Shown: piece by piece, positions 50,959 to 64,000 of the stretch | How positions within the stretch are numbered: the first letter of the stretch is position 1 | How the letters are laid out: every line of letters begins with the position of its first letter | Assembly: GCF_018350175.1 (NCBI RefSeq) | Contig: NC_058371.1 | Span: forward strand, 31,496,001-31,560,000 | Direction: 5' to 3' | Origin: Felis catus | Taxonomy: Eukaryota | DNA length: 64,000 nucleotides | Position numbers and translations under genes: made by a program | Notes under the pieces: model-generated | Told to the model about the DNA's origin: nothing | The model's database searches: none | Seen by the model: the letters and a program-made list of their open reading frames with translations, nothing else

Positions 50959-52602
50959 GTAAAGGGTGAATAGATGAACAGAGCCCCACACAGATCCTTC
51001 TTGAGTCCGCGGAGGCCAGGTCTGGGCATTCACATGACAACCTCTAAGTCAGATGGTGGAGAAGAAGCAGGGAAGACTACGTCAAGGTCATTGTAATTTC
51101 AACTAGCAAGGATGCAGCCGAATGTAAGGCCGCAACATCCTAATAAAACAACACAGCATGCAGGATCTGGACACACGGCCCCTCCTGGCTGAAGCCAGCC
51201 TCTCCGCCCACGGATGGCCGCAGCCAGTTGGCCAAAACGCAGCTTGCTTGTCCTTCAGCCCACCTAGGCAGCCCACCTATGTTAACTGCTCAGCGGCAGT
51301 TCTTGCTGACACAACCTGGAAGTTCCCCCCGCTTGCATGGCTGCTCAGGGTGACAGCCATGAGCAGGCCAGCGGACCCCGCTCCCACCCAATCTCTGCAT
51401 CACCTTCCTAGGACAGCCACCTGTCCAAATGCCTGACTCCTCCTTTCCCGAAGGCGGCAGGGGCCTCCCGACAGCTTCCTCCAGGCCTGCTGCACGTGCA
51501 AACCTTGGGTAGCTCTCCTGTGGCCATCGTGTCTGCCCACACCAACCAGCCAACACGTCCCCCAAAGAGATGGGTGTCATTTAGAACGTTACATGCCGTG
51601 GCTCTCACCACTTCATGTTCTTACTGCTGAAGCCGCCAAGACAGAGGGTGCAGGAGAAGAAATGAACAAAATTCTTCGCTGGCCCTTGCATCAGCTTAAA
51701 AGCACCCTCCAGGCCTTAGTTTGCTTTGTGCTGTTATTATTCTCTTGCCTCAAATGCCCTGGAGGTAACGAGAGGACAAAAAAGATCTTTGGTCAAACAT
51801 AAGGGGCTTCCTTTCTCCTCCTGGTCTCCCCATTTTTTTCCTCCTTTCCCCTCCCTGTCAAGTTTCCGAGAGGTTTGCTTCAAAGCCATTGTTAACATCC
51901 GTACCTGCCCCCCTGACCCTATGAATGCCCCATCACGTTGTCAACCACAGTCTTCCGTTTCTAGACAAGTCCAAACGGGATGCAAGTGTTGCTAGGCGCC
52001 AGAGTCAGGGGTGGGTAATAGTGATTTTCAGAGTGACCTCCTCTTGGACCCCATCCCGGGGCTCTACTTAACTGATGGACCTCTGGTCTTTGTACCTTGG
52101 AGTCCTCCTCACCCTTCACCAACCACGGCCACTGCTCCCCATTTGCCTGAAATAGGACAAAAGAGTGCTGAACTGTTTGGCGGACTTTGCCTGCCCGACT
52201 AAAGCACCGGTCCCAATCTCTGCATGACAGTTACCTTCCTTCCATATCCATTCTGCCGTAGCAGGACCTAGGACAGATCATGGCCCCTTCCAACCAGAGG
52301 AACCCCAGCGTTCTGCCTGAAAGGGATTAGGATGTAACACTTCTCCTCAGACGAGGTACGTGTCTCAACTTTTACATCCGGAGTGCCATGGATTGAGCCA
52401 GGCGGAAGTGGAGGAATCTCCATGACTCGCCAAAGTGACAGCCCAGAGACGGGTCTTACTCTTGTGTGCGAGACAATATGAAACTCTGCAAGTCTTTCCT
52501 CTGACCCCCCATCTTGGCCATGGGACAACACCTAATTCATCACATCTAAGAAAGGGAGCCCCTTGTAACAAGATACTACCTTTCAGGCCCCTTCTATCCA
52601 GG

Positions 52603-52826
52603 GAGCTGTGCCTTGTAAAAGAACTTTCTTCCATGAGGGGAATGTTCTATATCTGCTCTGTTCAACCCAGAAGCCACTACCCTCCCCCCCACATCCATGG
52701 TTGCGGAGCATTAGAAACATAGTGCGATGGCGGGGGGGAGCCTCAATTTTTAATTTATTTCATTTAAATTAATTTTAATTCAACCAGCTCCTTATGGTTA
52801 TGGCTATTGCATGGGGCAGCACAGAT
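52603..52826. mobile_element. MER3-like hAT-Charlie MITE relic
   Basis: GGAATGTTCTATATCTGCTCTGTTCAA..AGCCACTA..AATTTTTAATTTATTT..GGCAGCACAG. Family recognised by eye. Confidence 0.6.
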
Positions 52827-53634
52827 CCAGAGGTCAGGGCTTCTAGCTGGCCTTCGGTGATGGAGAGTATGCAAGGGGCAAAATGGTCGCCCATGGGCCA
52901 GATCCGCCCAGAGACCTATTTTATTTCACCATACAGTGGTTTCGGTGGATTTTTCATTTGACCAACATTTTCAAATGAGGAGACTTCTCATGAAAAAAGC
53001 CACACGTTCACCTTCTTTCGGAAATCAGAAAGTTCTAGGCAACTCTAGTGTCTGTCTGCAGATGGCCAGGTGGCTGGAGCAGGGTAACCGCTGCCCCTGG
53101 AGAAGGGGTCTGGGCTCCGCTTGTCTGATCTCCATGCTCCACTGGTCCCCAGGTAGCCTTGATGTAAGGTCTGCTCTGGCCAACGTCACCCAACTTTTTG
53201 GACGAGGTTTCACTCCGTCTGTGACTTTGAAGAGCCTGACATAAGCAGCAGCAGAAAAATATTCACTACAAATTGTTACATCCATTATCCACGTCTCCTG
53301 CGAAATCAGTGGGATCCGTCCCATTTTACAGATGAAGAGACTAAGGTTGGGAGTTAAATAATGAAATTGAATAACTGGGCCAAAATCAGATAGCCAGAAG
53401 TAACACAGCCAGCACTGAAACCAGATAAATCTGACTCCTACGCACTCCATCTGTCCACGGGACAAAGTCACTTCCAGACCATCACACTTCCGTTACCTTC
53501 CAAAAGCACCCCCCCACACCCCCGCTCCAGTGCCTGTCACGTCCCACTTTCTGGGCCCCTTCTCCAATTTACTCAGGGTGGAAGCGACTGGATCAGTCTT
53601 TCTCCCTGTGGCACTGCAGCGTGCCACAGGCTAC

Positions 53635-54040
53635 AGCTATTCACAAAATCCACGTTCTCCTCTTCCTCTAGGACACACAAGTGCACCACATTTCCCAGCC
53701 TCCTTAGCAATTAGATGTGGCCGGGTTCTAGCCAACTGAACGGAGGGGGGGGAACTATGATGGTCTCTTCTAGAGACACAACTCTCTCTGTGCTCCCCCG
53801 AGCTCCTTTCTCCTTCTGGCTGACCGAGATGACGCTCCCTGGGCCACCTTGAGAGCTACGTGTTGGCGGTCGAGCCATCAGCAGCCCGAGTCTCCAATGA
53901 ACGGCGTGGAGCAGGGATCCTGTGCCCATCCCCGCCACCTGCTCAGAGACACACACCTTGAACTATCATATGATACAGAAATAAATTCCTCTTGTGCTTG
54001 AGCAATTATATGTATTGGGGTCTATTTGTTACGGCAGCAA
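53635..54040 (+). mobile_element. MLT1-type (ERVL-MaLR) solo LTR relic
   Basis: CATTTCCCAGCCTCCTTAGCAATTAGATGTGGCC..AGAAATAAATTCCTCTTGTGCTTGAGC..GGGGTCTATTTGTTACGGCAGC. Confidence 0.65.
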
Positions 54041-54096
54041 TATTCTTTCTATCTTAACTCCTATCATAATCCTGTTGGGATTTAAAATTTATGAAA

Positions 54097-54123
54097 CACA
54101 CACACACACACACACACACACAC
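54097..54123 (+). repeat. (CA)n microsatellite
   Basis: Direct dinucleotide repeat. Confidence 0.9.
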
Positions 54124-55869
54124 CCCAGTTCCCTCATCTTCTTGACCCCAGAAGCCTTGGCCTGCCCTTATCTTTAGCCATTGCTTCTCAGGACTTCATG
54201 AAGACTCATCCCCACAGAGCATCGTCAAGGCTGGCTGAGTCACCTTCTCCACGCCCGCTGGATTCCACAGTCCATCACATGACCAACTCTCCACAGCAGC
54301 AATCCTTCCATTATCCCTCTTACCACGCGATCCCCCGATCCTGGAGCAACCCTAAAACTCTATGCCTGCACCAACGCTGTAGAGAGATGCCGGGGGAAGC
54401 TCACACTGCCTTACAGATTGGGACACATCATCTCAGAAAAGCCCTCGATTTAGTCACACCCTCAGCTGTGTGCCTCAGCAGCTGTCATGACCTTAACCGT
54501 CTCCCGCTGTCATGGACCTCACAGTCTGGCTGGCCAGGCAGATGCTAAACAAGGAACTACAAATGGAATGAGTACTCCCAGCAGAGACTCTTGTATGCCC
54601 ATCTTCTCTCCTTGCTAACAATCTCATCGGAAGAGGCCAGCCTGTTCCAGGGTTCTTTCTTAATCCGCGCTGTGTCCCACCCTCTTCCTCCTGAACCTCA
54701 TCCTTTCTGCCACTCGCTCCCTTCAACTTCGAAACACCCCGCAGCCTTTCCCACCCACCTTGGCCCTGTGTTCTCAGCTATTGCCCTAGCACTGCTCTTC
54801 CCTCAGCATCAAGTATCAAGGTCTCCACCTCCTCAACGTCAGCTCCCACTTGCCTCTTGGCCACGGCAATCTGGCTCTTCCCCTAGCTGCAATTTTCTTT
54901 ACCAGAAAGAATTCTGGGAAACAGCCCCCTCCTTGGCAAACCTAAGGAACATTTGGTAATCTTCATCTTAATTGGCCTCCCTGTGATATTTAACATTATC
55001 ACCTCTGTTTTCCTTCGGGGTCCCCTCCCTTGCTTCTTTGATGCCTTTCTTCTGGCCCCCTCATACCTTTATGCCCCATTCTATCTCAATGTTCATTCTT
55101 ACCCTATCATAAATATTGATTATCTTTGACATTATCTTCTATCTGAGCTTCCTTCTCTGCCATGGGTTAATGGTTAACCACTTAAATGGTTCTGGCTTTT
55201 AAATCTTCATTTCTGAGCCCTCCCAAACTTCATTCATTCACTCATCCAATGAGGATATTTTAAGTGCTTCCTTAACGCCAGGGGATAGGGTAATGGAAAC
55301 AAAGAAACTTACAACCTGCCTCACGGAAGTTACACACTACACACAGGTAAAGAAATACACACAAGATAACTACAGATTGTGCTAAGCGCTATCAATGACA
55401 TAAACAGAGGATAGAAAGATGGAGACAATTTAGATATGGTGGTCTGGGAAGGTCTTTCTGGCCAGTTGACATTTCGGCGGGGATTTAGACCCAAGAGCGA
55501 AAAATCAGGTCTTTGCCTCTGGAAGGAAAATCCCGGACTTGGCCTCAGGCAGCAGAGGTCAAGACTTGGACCCCACAGGGCGAAGTCAAAACACGTTGAC
55601 TGGGAACTGAGTTTAAGACTTCATATCTAGAAGGAGGTATCAGGGCTTCATCACTGGCAGCAAAGTTTCAAAATCATTCTGCGAATTGAAAGTGATGACT
55701 TAGGCCAACTCTGAAAAGGAGCCAACTGTGCAGTCACCTGGGAGAAGAGAGTTCACACCGGAGAGCACAAAAGAGCAGGCGAACTCTGAGGTTAGGATTA
55801 GGTGGTCTGTTTTCAGAACAGGACGGAATCAGGCGTGACTGAGCACAAGAGAGAGACCAAAAGAAGTGT

Positions 55870-56390
55870 GGCAGTATGAAGACATTGCCACAAGTCTTCA
55901 ATATCCTCCTATTGTGGGTGGGGACCGTGGGTCCTCTCCTTTAATCTGGGTGGGATTGTGATTGCTTTGACCAAAAGGAGTACATGAGAAGAGATGCTCT
56001 TTGCTTTCCAAGTAACTGGTCATAACATACCGTGTTCTGAGTTCCGAGCCACCACATAAGGAACCCAACTACCTTGAGGCAGCCGTGATGCAAAGAAGCA
56101 CAAGCCATGGAGAGGTCAATGTGGGGATTCCAATGGACAGTCCCAGCCGAGCTCCACTTCCCTGCCATCATTGCCAACGTGCCAGATGATTCCATCCCCG
56201 GTTGTTCAAGTCACTCCAAGCCATTCAAGTTTTCCCGGATGAGTCCCCAGACATGGTGGCGTAGAGACAATCCACCCCTCCTCCCCTGTGTCCAAATTCC
56301 CAGCCCACGGAATCCGTGCCCGTAATAAAACCATTGTTGGCTTTTCCCACCACATTTTGGGGTAGTTTGCCGTGCAGCGGCAGGATCCGC
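55870..56390 (+). mobile_element. MLT1-type solo LTR relic
   Basis: TTGCTTTGACCAA..GAGCCACCACATAAG..CCAAATTCC..TAATAAAACCATTGTT..TTTTGGGGTAGTTTG..GCAGC. Confidence 0.65.
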
Positions 56391-57178
56391 CTCGTGCAAC
56401 TGAAATGAAGCAGTAGGGAGGGGCTACACGTGGAGGACTTCCCAGGCCACGTAAATTAATTGAGATTTTATGCTACACTTAAAAGGACAGCATTCGAGGG
56501 TTTTAATCAGGGAGCAACAAGATCTAATTCCTACTTTCTATAGATCGTTCCAGCTGCAGTAAGCTAAGAGGATTGTTGGGACGCCGTCTGTAGGAAGGCG
56601 AAGCTGCTCGTGGCTGAGAGTAAGTGGAGGCAGGTAACGCTGAGAAAAGTGGGCGGGTAAGTCAGGTAAGGTTAATATTAACCGCGACCACGTCTGCCGT
56701 GATTACTGTAGCAGGCACCACTCTTTACATGTGTAAAGTACTTTACGTGTGTCAAGTCAGGTTAATCTTCCTTAATATGTACGTGTAATCCCCACCAAAA
56801 AAAAAAAAAAAAACCCTGTGAAGTGGGGGAAAACAGAGAGAGATTACGGGACTTTGTCCAGGACACAAAACTTGTAAGTGGGCGAGCCAGGAATCAAGCC
56901 TCTGCAGTCTGATCAGAGTCGACGTCCCTTCTCACTGCCACTGACAACGGGAATCGTGGCTGGATTGCATGTAGGTAGGTGTAGGAAAAATATCAAGTGT
57001 GAATCCTAGATCTGAGGCCTGCCTCTAGGTGAATATAAGGCCGGTCGATATAAGGCCAGGCCAGGAGCAGGGTGATGTGGGGGCCTAAGAATGTGGGGCT
57101 GGTCAACGTTTGCATGGGAGTGCGGTGGGGGGGGGGGGAGATTTCCATTTGAAGCATGGTGATTTGAGATGTCTTTTA

Positions 57179-57396
57179 TTTTTTTTTTCAACGTTTATTT
57201 ATTTTTTTTTGGGACAGAGAGAGACAGAGCATGAACGGGGGAGGGGCAGAGAGAGAGGGAGACACAGAATCGGAAACAAGCTCCAGGCTCTGAGCCATCA
57301 GCCCAGAGCCTGACGCGGGGCTCGAACTCACGGACCGCGAGATCGTGACCTGAGTTGAAGTCGGACGCTCAAGCGACTGGGCCACCCAGGCGCCCC
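57179..57396 (-). mobile_element. Young CAN-SINE
   Basis: Full length. Perfect TSD GAGATGTCTTTTA (57166-57178 and 57397-57409). Confidence 0.95.
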
Positions 57397-57489
57397 GAGA
57401 TGTCTTTTAGATACCAGAGTGGAAACAATAAAGTGCCCAGGTGAGATGCAAGGGCGTAGGTCATTTATTTACGAGTCCTTGGCTCATGG

Positions 57490-57778
57490 GTGGTAATTGC
57501 CATAAACTGTGTCCTCCCGATGTTTGTATATTGAATCCTAATCCCCAGCGTGCCTTATAAAAGAGGCCCCAGAGGGCACCTTTCCCTTCTACCACGTGAG
57601 GACACAGTGAAAAGAGCCGTCCATGAACCAGGAAGCAGGCTCTCGCCGCACACCGATCTGCGGGTGCCTTGATCTTGGATTTCCCGGCCACCAGAACTAT
57701 GAGAAATAAATGTCTGTTATTGATAAGCCACCCAGTCCGTGGTATCTCCTATTAGAGCGGCCTGAACGAACTAGGACG
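57490..57778 (+). mobile_element. MLT1A-like solo LTR
   Basis: GCCTTATAAAAGAGGCCCCAGAG..CCTTGATCTTGGATTTCC..CCAGAACTATGAGAAATAAATGTCTGTT..AAGCCACCCAGTC. Confidence 0.8.
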
Positions 57779-59490
57779 GTAATTAAAGGCAGAGGACACT
57801 CTGAGACCAGCCGGGGAGAAAGTGACCATGCACAGCAAGAGCGCCCGGCTCCGATATTTCCAATGCGATTAGGAAAAGATCTGCCTGGGAAGACTCCAAA
57901 GGAGCGGCCGGATAGACGGGCAGGAGGGCGTGCGGTGTGATGGGCACCGAGGGAGGAGAGTCTTTCAGGAAAGTGGGAATGGCCGACTACGGTTGCCAAG
58001 AGGCCAACAGACGATCCCCCTGGGCCCATTGGCGCATCACATCAGAAACACTGCGTGATGAAGGCCCGGATGAACCTTTCCGCTTGTTGTGGGCAGGCAG
58101 CCGTGAGATCACAGACGTCACAGCAATGGGATAGCATGAGGTGCCATTAGTATACAAAGACGACTGCTCTCTCCCCTTCTCTGGGAGACCCCAGTTCAAG
58201 TTCAAATTCCTCTTTCGACCTGGAGGCCCCACCCATATAATTAGTGATGTTCTTTCCTTTCTGGTGGGAAACAAGGAGGATCAGCAAATTGTAACTCCTG
58301 CCAATTATATTTACGTGGATCACACAGAGGCCCCCAGGCACCTCTACCAAAAAGGTAAATTATACAGGATCTCTCCGCACCCAGAAAGTATGGCTGCTTA
58401 CTTTGTTCATGCTTCTATTAAAGAGCAGAGAGGAACCTGCCCTGAGCGACATTATCGGGTGTCACCAAGACATTCTCGGGTGTCTGCTCCAGGGAGGGGA
58501 GGTCCCCCTATGCCTTCCCTGACCAGTTCTCACTGAGCCCACCCTACAGAGACTGGTTGTGAGCTGTGGACACACTCACTAACGTCCATCTTCAAAATCA
58601 AGTAAACGGACACGCAGAACTTCTCGGATTTTCGGCCCGAAGTTCATCTCACCAGCAGAGGGCTGCAATCACCGTGAATAAAATCTAAGCGTTGTTTTAA
58701 ATAGTGAATAAAGTGGGCAAAGCCTTTGAAGGGGCTCTGTTTTTAAGTGGCCTGAGATCTGTTTAGTGCTCGTTTGTAAGGAATCCAAATGAGGCCTGGC
58801 CTGGGGAACGGAAACACACCCGGTTTTGTGGAAGTTCTAAAACCCATGCCAGAGGTCAGTCAGGATTACCTGCCAAGACCATCAAGCATGGCGGGGTCTG
58901 CTCTGTGATGCATAAGGACACCTGGTCTTTAGCTGAGCCAACTCTATTATGCTATTGACAGAGTGCCTCTAATGGACTCCCAGTAGGGGGCGGAATGTGA
59001 GGCAGGAGGAGGATGTTTCAACCCATCACCGAGTGATTACTGCACCGTCCTGGACCGCTGCACTCCCAGGGCTCTCCTCCCCGCGTCTCTGACCTCCTTT
59101 TGGAACTTTCTCGACTTACAGGAGCCACAGCATAAAAAAACTAGTGGCGGGTAGAGGGAAATTTGTGAAGCCTGACACCAAAGCTAGAAACCATAAAGGA
59201 GAAGATTCACAGAAATGTCTCAATATCCTACATAAAAGTAAAAGGCAGGTGACAAACTATGAAATAAGCATTTGGAACCCGTGACCGTAAAGAATTAAGA
59301 TCCTTCTTTAATTCTTTACAAATCAGTAAGAGAAAGATGAACATTCCAGTATATTTAAACACGAAACTAAATTCATATTCATAAAAGAAGAAACATTCAT
59401 AAAAGAAGAAACAAAAAGGAACAAGAAGGAAAATGTTTAACTTTACTATTATTCAGAAAAGGACGATTTTTCTTAAAAAATAAGATGTCA

Positions 59491-59695
59491 GGGGTGCCTG
59501 GATGGCTGAATGGGTTAAGCATTCGACTCTTGGTTTCAGCTCAGGTCATGATTTCCTGGTCCGTGGTTCGAGCCCCACGTTGTAGGCTCTCAGTGTGGAA
59601 ACTGCTTGGGACCCTCTCTCTCTCTCTGTCTCTCTGTCTCTCTCTGTCTCTGCTCTCTCTCTCCCTCTCAGAAATAAATAAACGTTAAAAAAAAT
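59491..59695 (+). mobile_element. CAN-SINE inside an old L1 fragment
   Basis: Head GGGGTGCCTGGATGGCT. TSD AAAAATAAGAT(G/C)TCA. Confidence 0.9.
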
Positions 59696-60103
59696 AAGAT
59701 CTCATAATTTAGCCATCAAGTAAATGAACCTAAACAGATTGGTAACATTCAGTTTTGACCAAAATCTGAAGAAATGAGTCCTTTTATTTCCTTCACAGGA
59801 GAGTACACTGGGACCATCTTTATGGAGGGAAATACAAGTAAAATATTTCATGTGCGTATCCCTTGACACAAATCGGTTCCTTTCCTAGAAACATATCCAA
59901 AGGAAATGATTGGCAAACAGGCATGTTGACAGATTTCCTCACACTACTATTAGAAACAGTAAAAAAGTAGCAACAATGGAGAATTGTTTCAATTCATGAT
60001 ACATCCAACCAGGCAATTATTAATTTTTTTTAACATGTGCAACATATTATTAAGTGGACACAGTAAGTTACAAAATACTTTCTATAATATAATCCCATTT
60101 ACT

Positions 60104-60107
<4 letters not shown>

Positions 60108-60148
<41 letters not shown>

Positions 60149-60188
60149 ATTTTTTTTTTTTTGAGAGAGAGAGAGAGAGAGAGAGAGA
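60108..60188 (+). repeat. Compound microsatellite (TA)n-poly(T)-(GA)n
   Basis: Direct repeats. The T+GA part resembles a minus-strand SINE tail remnant. Confidence 0.9.
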
Positions 60189-60386
60189 GGAGGCCACATT
60201 ACTGCCTGTCTCCCAAACGGGCTGTGGCCCATATATTCATCTAGCAGAAAACTGTAGACCAGTGTTTTGCAAACATTTGACCAAGATTATTAGTAAAACA
60301 ATACATTTTAACATCATGACCTGGCATACGCATGTCTGTACAACTAAAATAAAACAAAATATTTTCTTTCTTACAAACTGACCATG

Positions 60387-60606
60387 GGGGCGCCTGGGTG
60401 GCGCAGTCGGTTAAGCGTCCGACTTCAGCCAGGTCACGATCTCGCAGTCCGTGAGTTCGAGCCCCGCATCAGGCTCTGGGCTGATGGCTCGGAGCCTGGA
60501 GCCTGCTTCCGATTCTGTGTCTCCCTCTCTCTCTGCCCCTCCCCCGTTCATGCTCTGTCTCTCTCTGTCCCAAAAATAAATAAAAAACATTGAAAAAAAA
60601 AAAAAA
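60387..60606 (+). mobile_element. Young CAN-SINE
   Basis: Full length. Perfect TSD AAACTGACCATGG. Confidence 0.95.
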
Positions 60607-62072
60607 CTGACCATGGTGATCTCAACCACCCATTAGCCCCAACTAACAGAGGTTTAGATGACTATAATGAAGAATAATCGGGACAACATCACTGTAAGTC
60701 CCTTTCCCTGACTTTTAGCAAAACTTGGTGTCAGGTGTTTAGAGGGTAAGTCTATATTTACATTTTGTCTTCACAACTCATGTGCCACAGAGCTTGTGTG
60801 TCCACTTCTCAGGTGGCCAATGTTCAAAACTGGAGAAAACCCATGGTCTTTTGAGACTCTGGTCCTTTGAGGCCATGTAGCAGGCAACTATTGCAAAGCT
60901 CACCATGTCCCAGGACCTGGGCTTCACGGAATCCTCAAACCACCCCCTCTCCAGGCAAGCTGAACCATCAGGATGAAGCCTTAGGACTGCACGGAGCACG
61001 GTCAGCAGGTACCGGTCCTACCCAGTAACTGTAAGAGATCAAGTCTGACCTTGGAGCTCAAGAAAGATCACTTAGATACCTGCAACCCCACATCTAAGCA
61101 ACAAATAACTCATGCTCCCAAGAACAAAGACTTTGCATCAGATGAGAGCTATCTGTCTACCCTGACCTCTGCTTTTCATAAGGGACACTGCAATTATCTT
61201 CCTCCCCCAGCCTACTCAACAAATAATGTACCACGCATTCTGCTAGGCCCTGGGCATGTAAAGACAGACAAGGTCCATATTATCCAGGAACTTACAGACT
61301 ACAAAAGGAAATAGACAATTAGATGATCACACTAATGAAGTGAGAAGGTAGGATTACAAACTAAAAAAGGGCATTGAAGGAATGAGCAAATGTGTGTTTT
61401 GAAAATATCTGCAGTGTGGAGAATGGGGTACAAGAGACTCAGGCCAGGCAAAGAGAGAAGATCCTAGGCTATCATGGGATGCCCAGGGGAGGCAGAGGGC
61501 AGCTGGACCCGTGCTGCCTAGTGGAAGGAGATCCAGACTGGTTCTAGTCCTGCCTGTGTCAGAGGTTAACATGCTGACCTTGGGCAGCAACTCCTTTCTG
61601 AACTCCAGGCTTGTATTTGTCAAGTGCCAATTTCACAGGGCACTATAATAGGGAAAAAAGCCCTGAAAATTACAAAATGCTACATATTGACATAAGAAGC
61701 CTTATTCTTTATGGTAGGCAGACTTCTAGGATGCCCCCCCCCAGTAGCCCCCTCCTTCTGATACCCACACCTTTATATAATCTCATAACTGTTCCAGACT
61801 GAAGGATATTAAAGGGATAAAAACTAAGTATAAATCTTAACTTAGATGTTACACCCAAAAAAGGACATGATTAGATAATTGGCAAAATTTTAATAATAGC
61901 ATCTGAAGATTAGATGGTAATGCTATATCAATGTTAATTTTCCAATTTTGATAGTTATATTTGGTTATGGAGGAGAGTGTCCTTGCCTTTTATTAAAGTA
62001 TGTTTATAAAGTATTAAGGAGTAATGGGCATTATATTTTTAACTTTCAAGTAATTCAAAAAAATTTTCCTAG

Positions 62073-62074
<2 letters not shown>

Positions 62075-62108
<34 letters not shown>
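62075..62108 (+). repeat. (GT)n microsatellite
   Basis: Direct dinucleotide repeat. Confidence 0.92.
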
Positions 62109-62110
<2 letters not shown>

Positions 62111-62124
62111 AAAGAAGAGAAAGA

Positions 62125-62352
62125 GGGGCGCCTGGGTGGCTCAGTCGGTTAAGCAGCTGACTTCGCTCAGGTCACGATCTCGCAGTCCGTGAGTTCGAGC
62201 CCCGCGTCGGGCTCTGTGCTGACAGCTCGGAGCCTGGAGCCTGCTTCAGATTCTGTGTCTCCCTCTCTCTCTCTGACCCTCCCCCGATCATGCTCTGTCT
62301 CTCTCTGTCTCAAAAATAAATATACGTTAAAAAAAAATTTTTTTTTTTAAAA
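62125..62352 (+). mobile_element. CAN-SINE
   Basis: Full length. TSD TAAAGAAGAGAAAGA. Confidence 0.93.
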
Positions 62353-63744
62353 TAAAGAAGAGAAAGAAAGAATAACGCAGATGTAAAATGTGAACAATTT
62401 AGAGAAACTGGATAAAATTATACAGATATTCTGTACTATTTTTGCACCATTTCTTAAAATTTTAAATTACTTCAAAATACAGTTTAAAAATAGGCTTAAA
62501 AGCAGATGTTGGAAAAAAAGGAGAAGTTGGTTTTTATGAGATACTGTACAAATGACAGTAAAGACTGGGTGCAGCTATAATAAAAACGAACAAAACACTT
62601 GGAGTTAGGGACCCCATGCTGAATCCTCCTACAGCTGCACTTGCCTTGACTCGACACAGCTGGGGCAACCGGCCCCAATCAGGCTCCGCTAAATCAAAAG
62701 GGGGAAAATCCAACCCCCGCCCCCCCCCACCCCGGCTTCTCCCGGAACACTCGATTTTGCCCTAATTATCCAAATATTTAGGCAGTCGTTAGGAAACTAT
62801 TGCCCAATCACCTCCGTAAGAATTAGTTTTAGTTTCCCACAGCCCATGAACATAAAGGTAGCTGTAAACAAATCTATTTATGCCACTGACCAAAAATGAA
62901 TCTTTAAAATCTTCTATAAAATACGTATGTTCTTATTACCTACGTAATCTTCCTTTGCATGCCCGTCAGCTCTGAAGGGACATCCGGTTCAATACGCATT
63001 TTCTCATGCGTTACCGGAGTCCTCTGGGTAGTCTAAGTCATTCCTCCTTTGCCTTTCCTGTCAATAAATGTGCATCCAGAATCTTTATCATTTCTCTATG
63101 ACGTGCAAATGCTTCTCTTGTGTCTTGTTTTGCCTCTTTTAGACTTTTCTTTCCAGATTCTTCTTTGTCCAAACACAATTCACTGCCCTTCGTGAATCCA
63201 CGACTCACGTCTTGCCCACCTAATAATTCGCCTTTTCGAAGCATGGTTCCAACAGAGAACTTACCGTTCAGATGAAAGAAACCTATCTGAACTCGTAAGA
63301 ATAGCATTGCGTGTTAACGTCAAGTCTCTGTTCTGGTTGAAGTGGCATTGTGGACGGTGGCCGTGCGTGTCCTGGCACGTTTGTTTCAAGTCAATGCCAA
63401 CAAATTAACAATCTCATCTTGACCAGCCTATCTAAGTAAACAACTAGTACATTCCAATTCGGAATATTGTTCTACATGACCCCTACGCTGAAAAAAATCC
63501 AAATTCTCAGTATTCAATTGTGCATGAACACGCCTGAAACACGTCATGTTTTTCTTTGTTGCTGTTGTTTTCTACGACAACTGCCAGACTTAGCTCCTAT
63601 GAAATGAATTCAGTCTTCAGACTAGAGCAGGAAAAGCCCATGCAATATCAGAGGTAATAGTTTGGTTTTTAGGATGTGCCAACTCACGCTCTAAAAACTG
63701 TGTATGTCTTACACATTTAATCTCCCGAAACAAATCTAATGTCA

Positions 63745-63908
63745 TGGATAGAATATTTATGTCCCTTCAAAATTCATATTTTGAAATCTTAAGCCCGAGT
63801 GTGATGACATCTGGAGGTTGGGCCTTTTGGGAGGGGATTAGGGCATGAAGTTGGAATCCTAATTGAATCGGGTTAGTTAATGCCCTTATCAGAGGAGGCC
63901 AGAGAGCT

Positions 63909-63944
<36 letters not shown>

Positions 63945-64000
63945 ACCATGTGACGATACATGGAGAAGCTAACTGCCTACAATTTGGAAGAGGGCTCTCA
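63745..64000 (+). mobile_element. MaLR (MLT1A/MST-like) LTR, cut by the window edge, with an internal (CT)n
   Basis: TGTCCCTTCAAAATTCATATTTTGAAATC..GGCCTTTTGGGAGGGGATTAGGGCATGA..AATGCCCTTAT..CCACCATGTGA. Confidence 0.75.

Noticed and set aside
44060-64000. Long-isoform (CRMP2A) first exon
   Set aside because: No matching coding exon or second CpG island was seen. It is expected further upstream, outside the window.

Overview
This is mammalian genomic DNA. The many CAN-SINE (SINEC_Fc-type) copies point to a carnivore, most likely a felid, and two N-gaps (37788-37956, 42835-43034) indicate a draft assembly. The window holds the 5' part of DPYSL2 (CRMP2) on the minus strand. Four coding exons splice in frame to residues 1-159: short-isoform exon 1 (42633-42671, MSYQGKKNIPRIT), exon 2 (39133-39221), exon 3 (37198-37382) and exon 4 (1260-1424). 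All visible junctions are canonical GT-AG, and intron 3 is about 35.8 kb. A CpG-island promoter lies at about 41.6-44.1 kb, with its core hidden by the second gap. The rest is intronic or upstream DNA with about 23 CAN-SINEs, older L1/L2/MIR/MER/MLT1 relics and microsatellites. I found no convincing new biological system, and almost all ORFs in the supplied track are spurious. The best leads are: a splice acceptor 7 nt before the ATG of the 'first' exon; a SINE dimer within a single target-site duplication; repeated reuse of insertion sites; a zero-spacer inverted SINE pair; a 27-kb CAN-SINE-free zone; Ile at codon 152 where I recall Met in human and mouse; candidate CTCF, CRE-MARE and octamer sites; and a protein-like relic near 63 kb.
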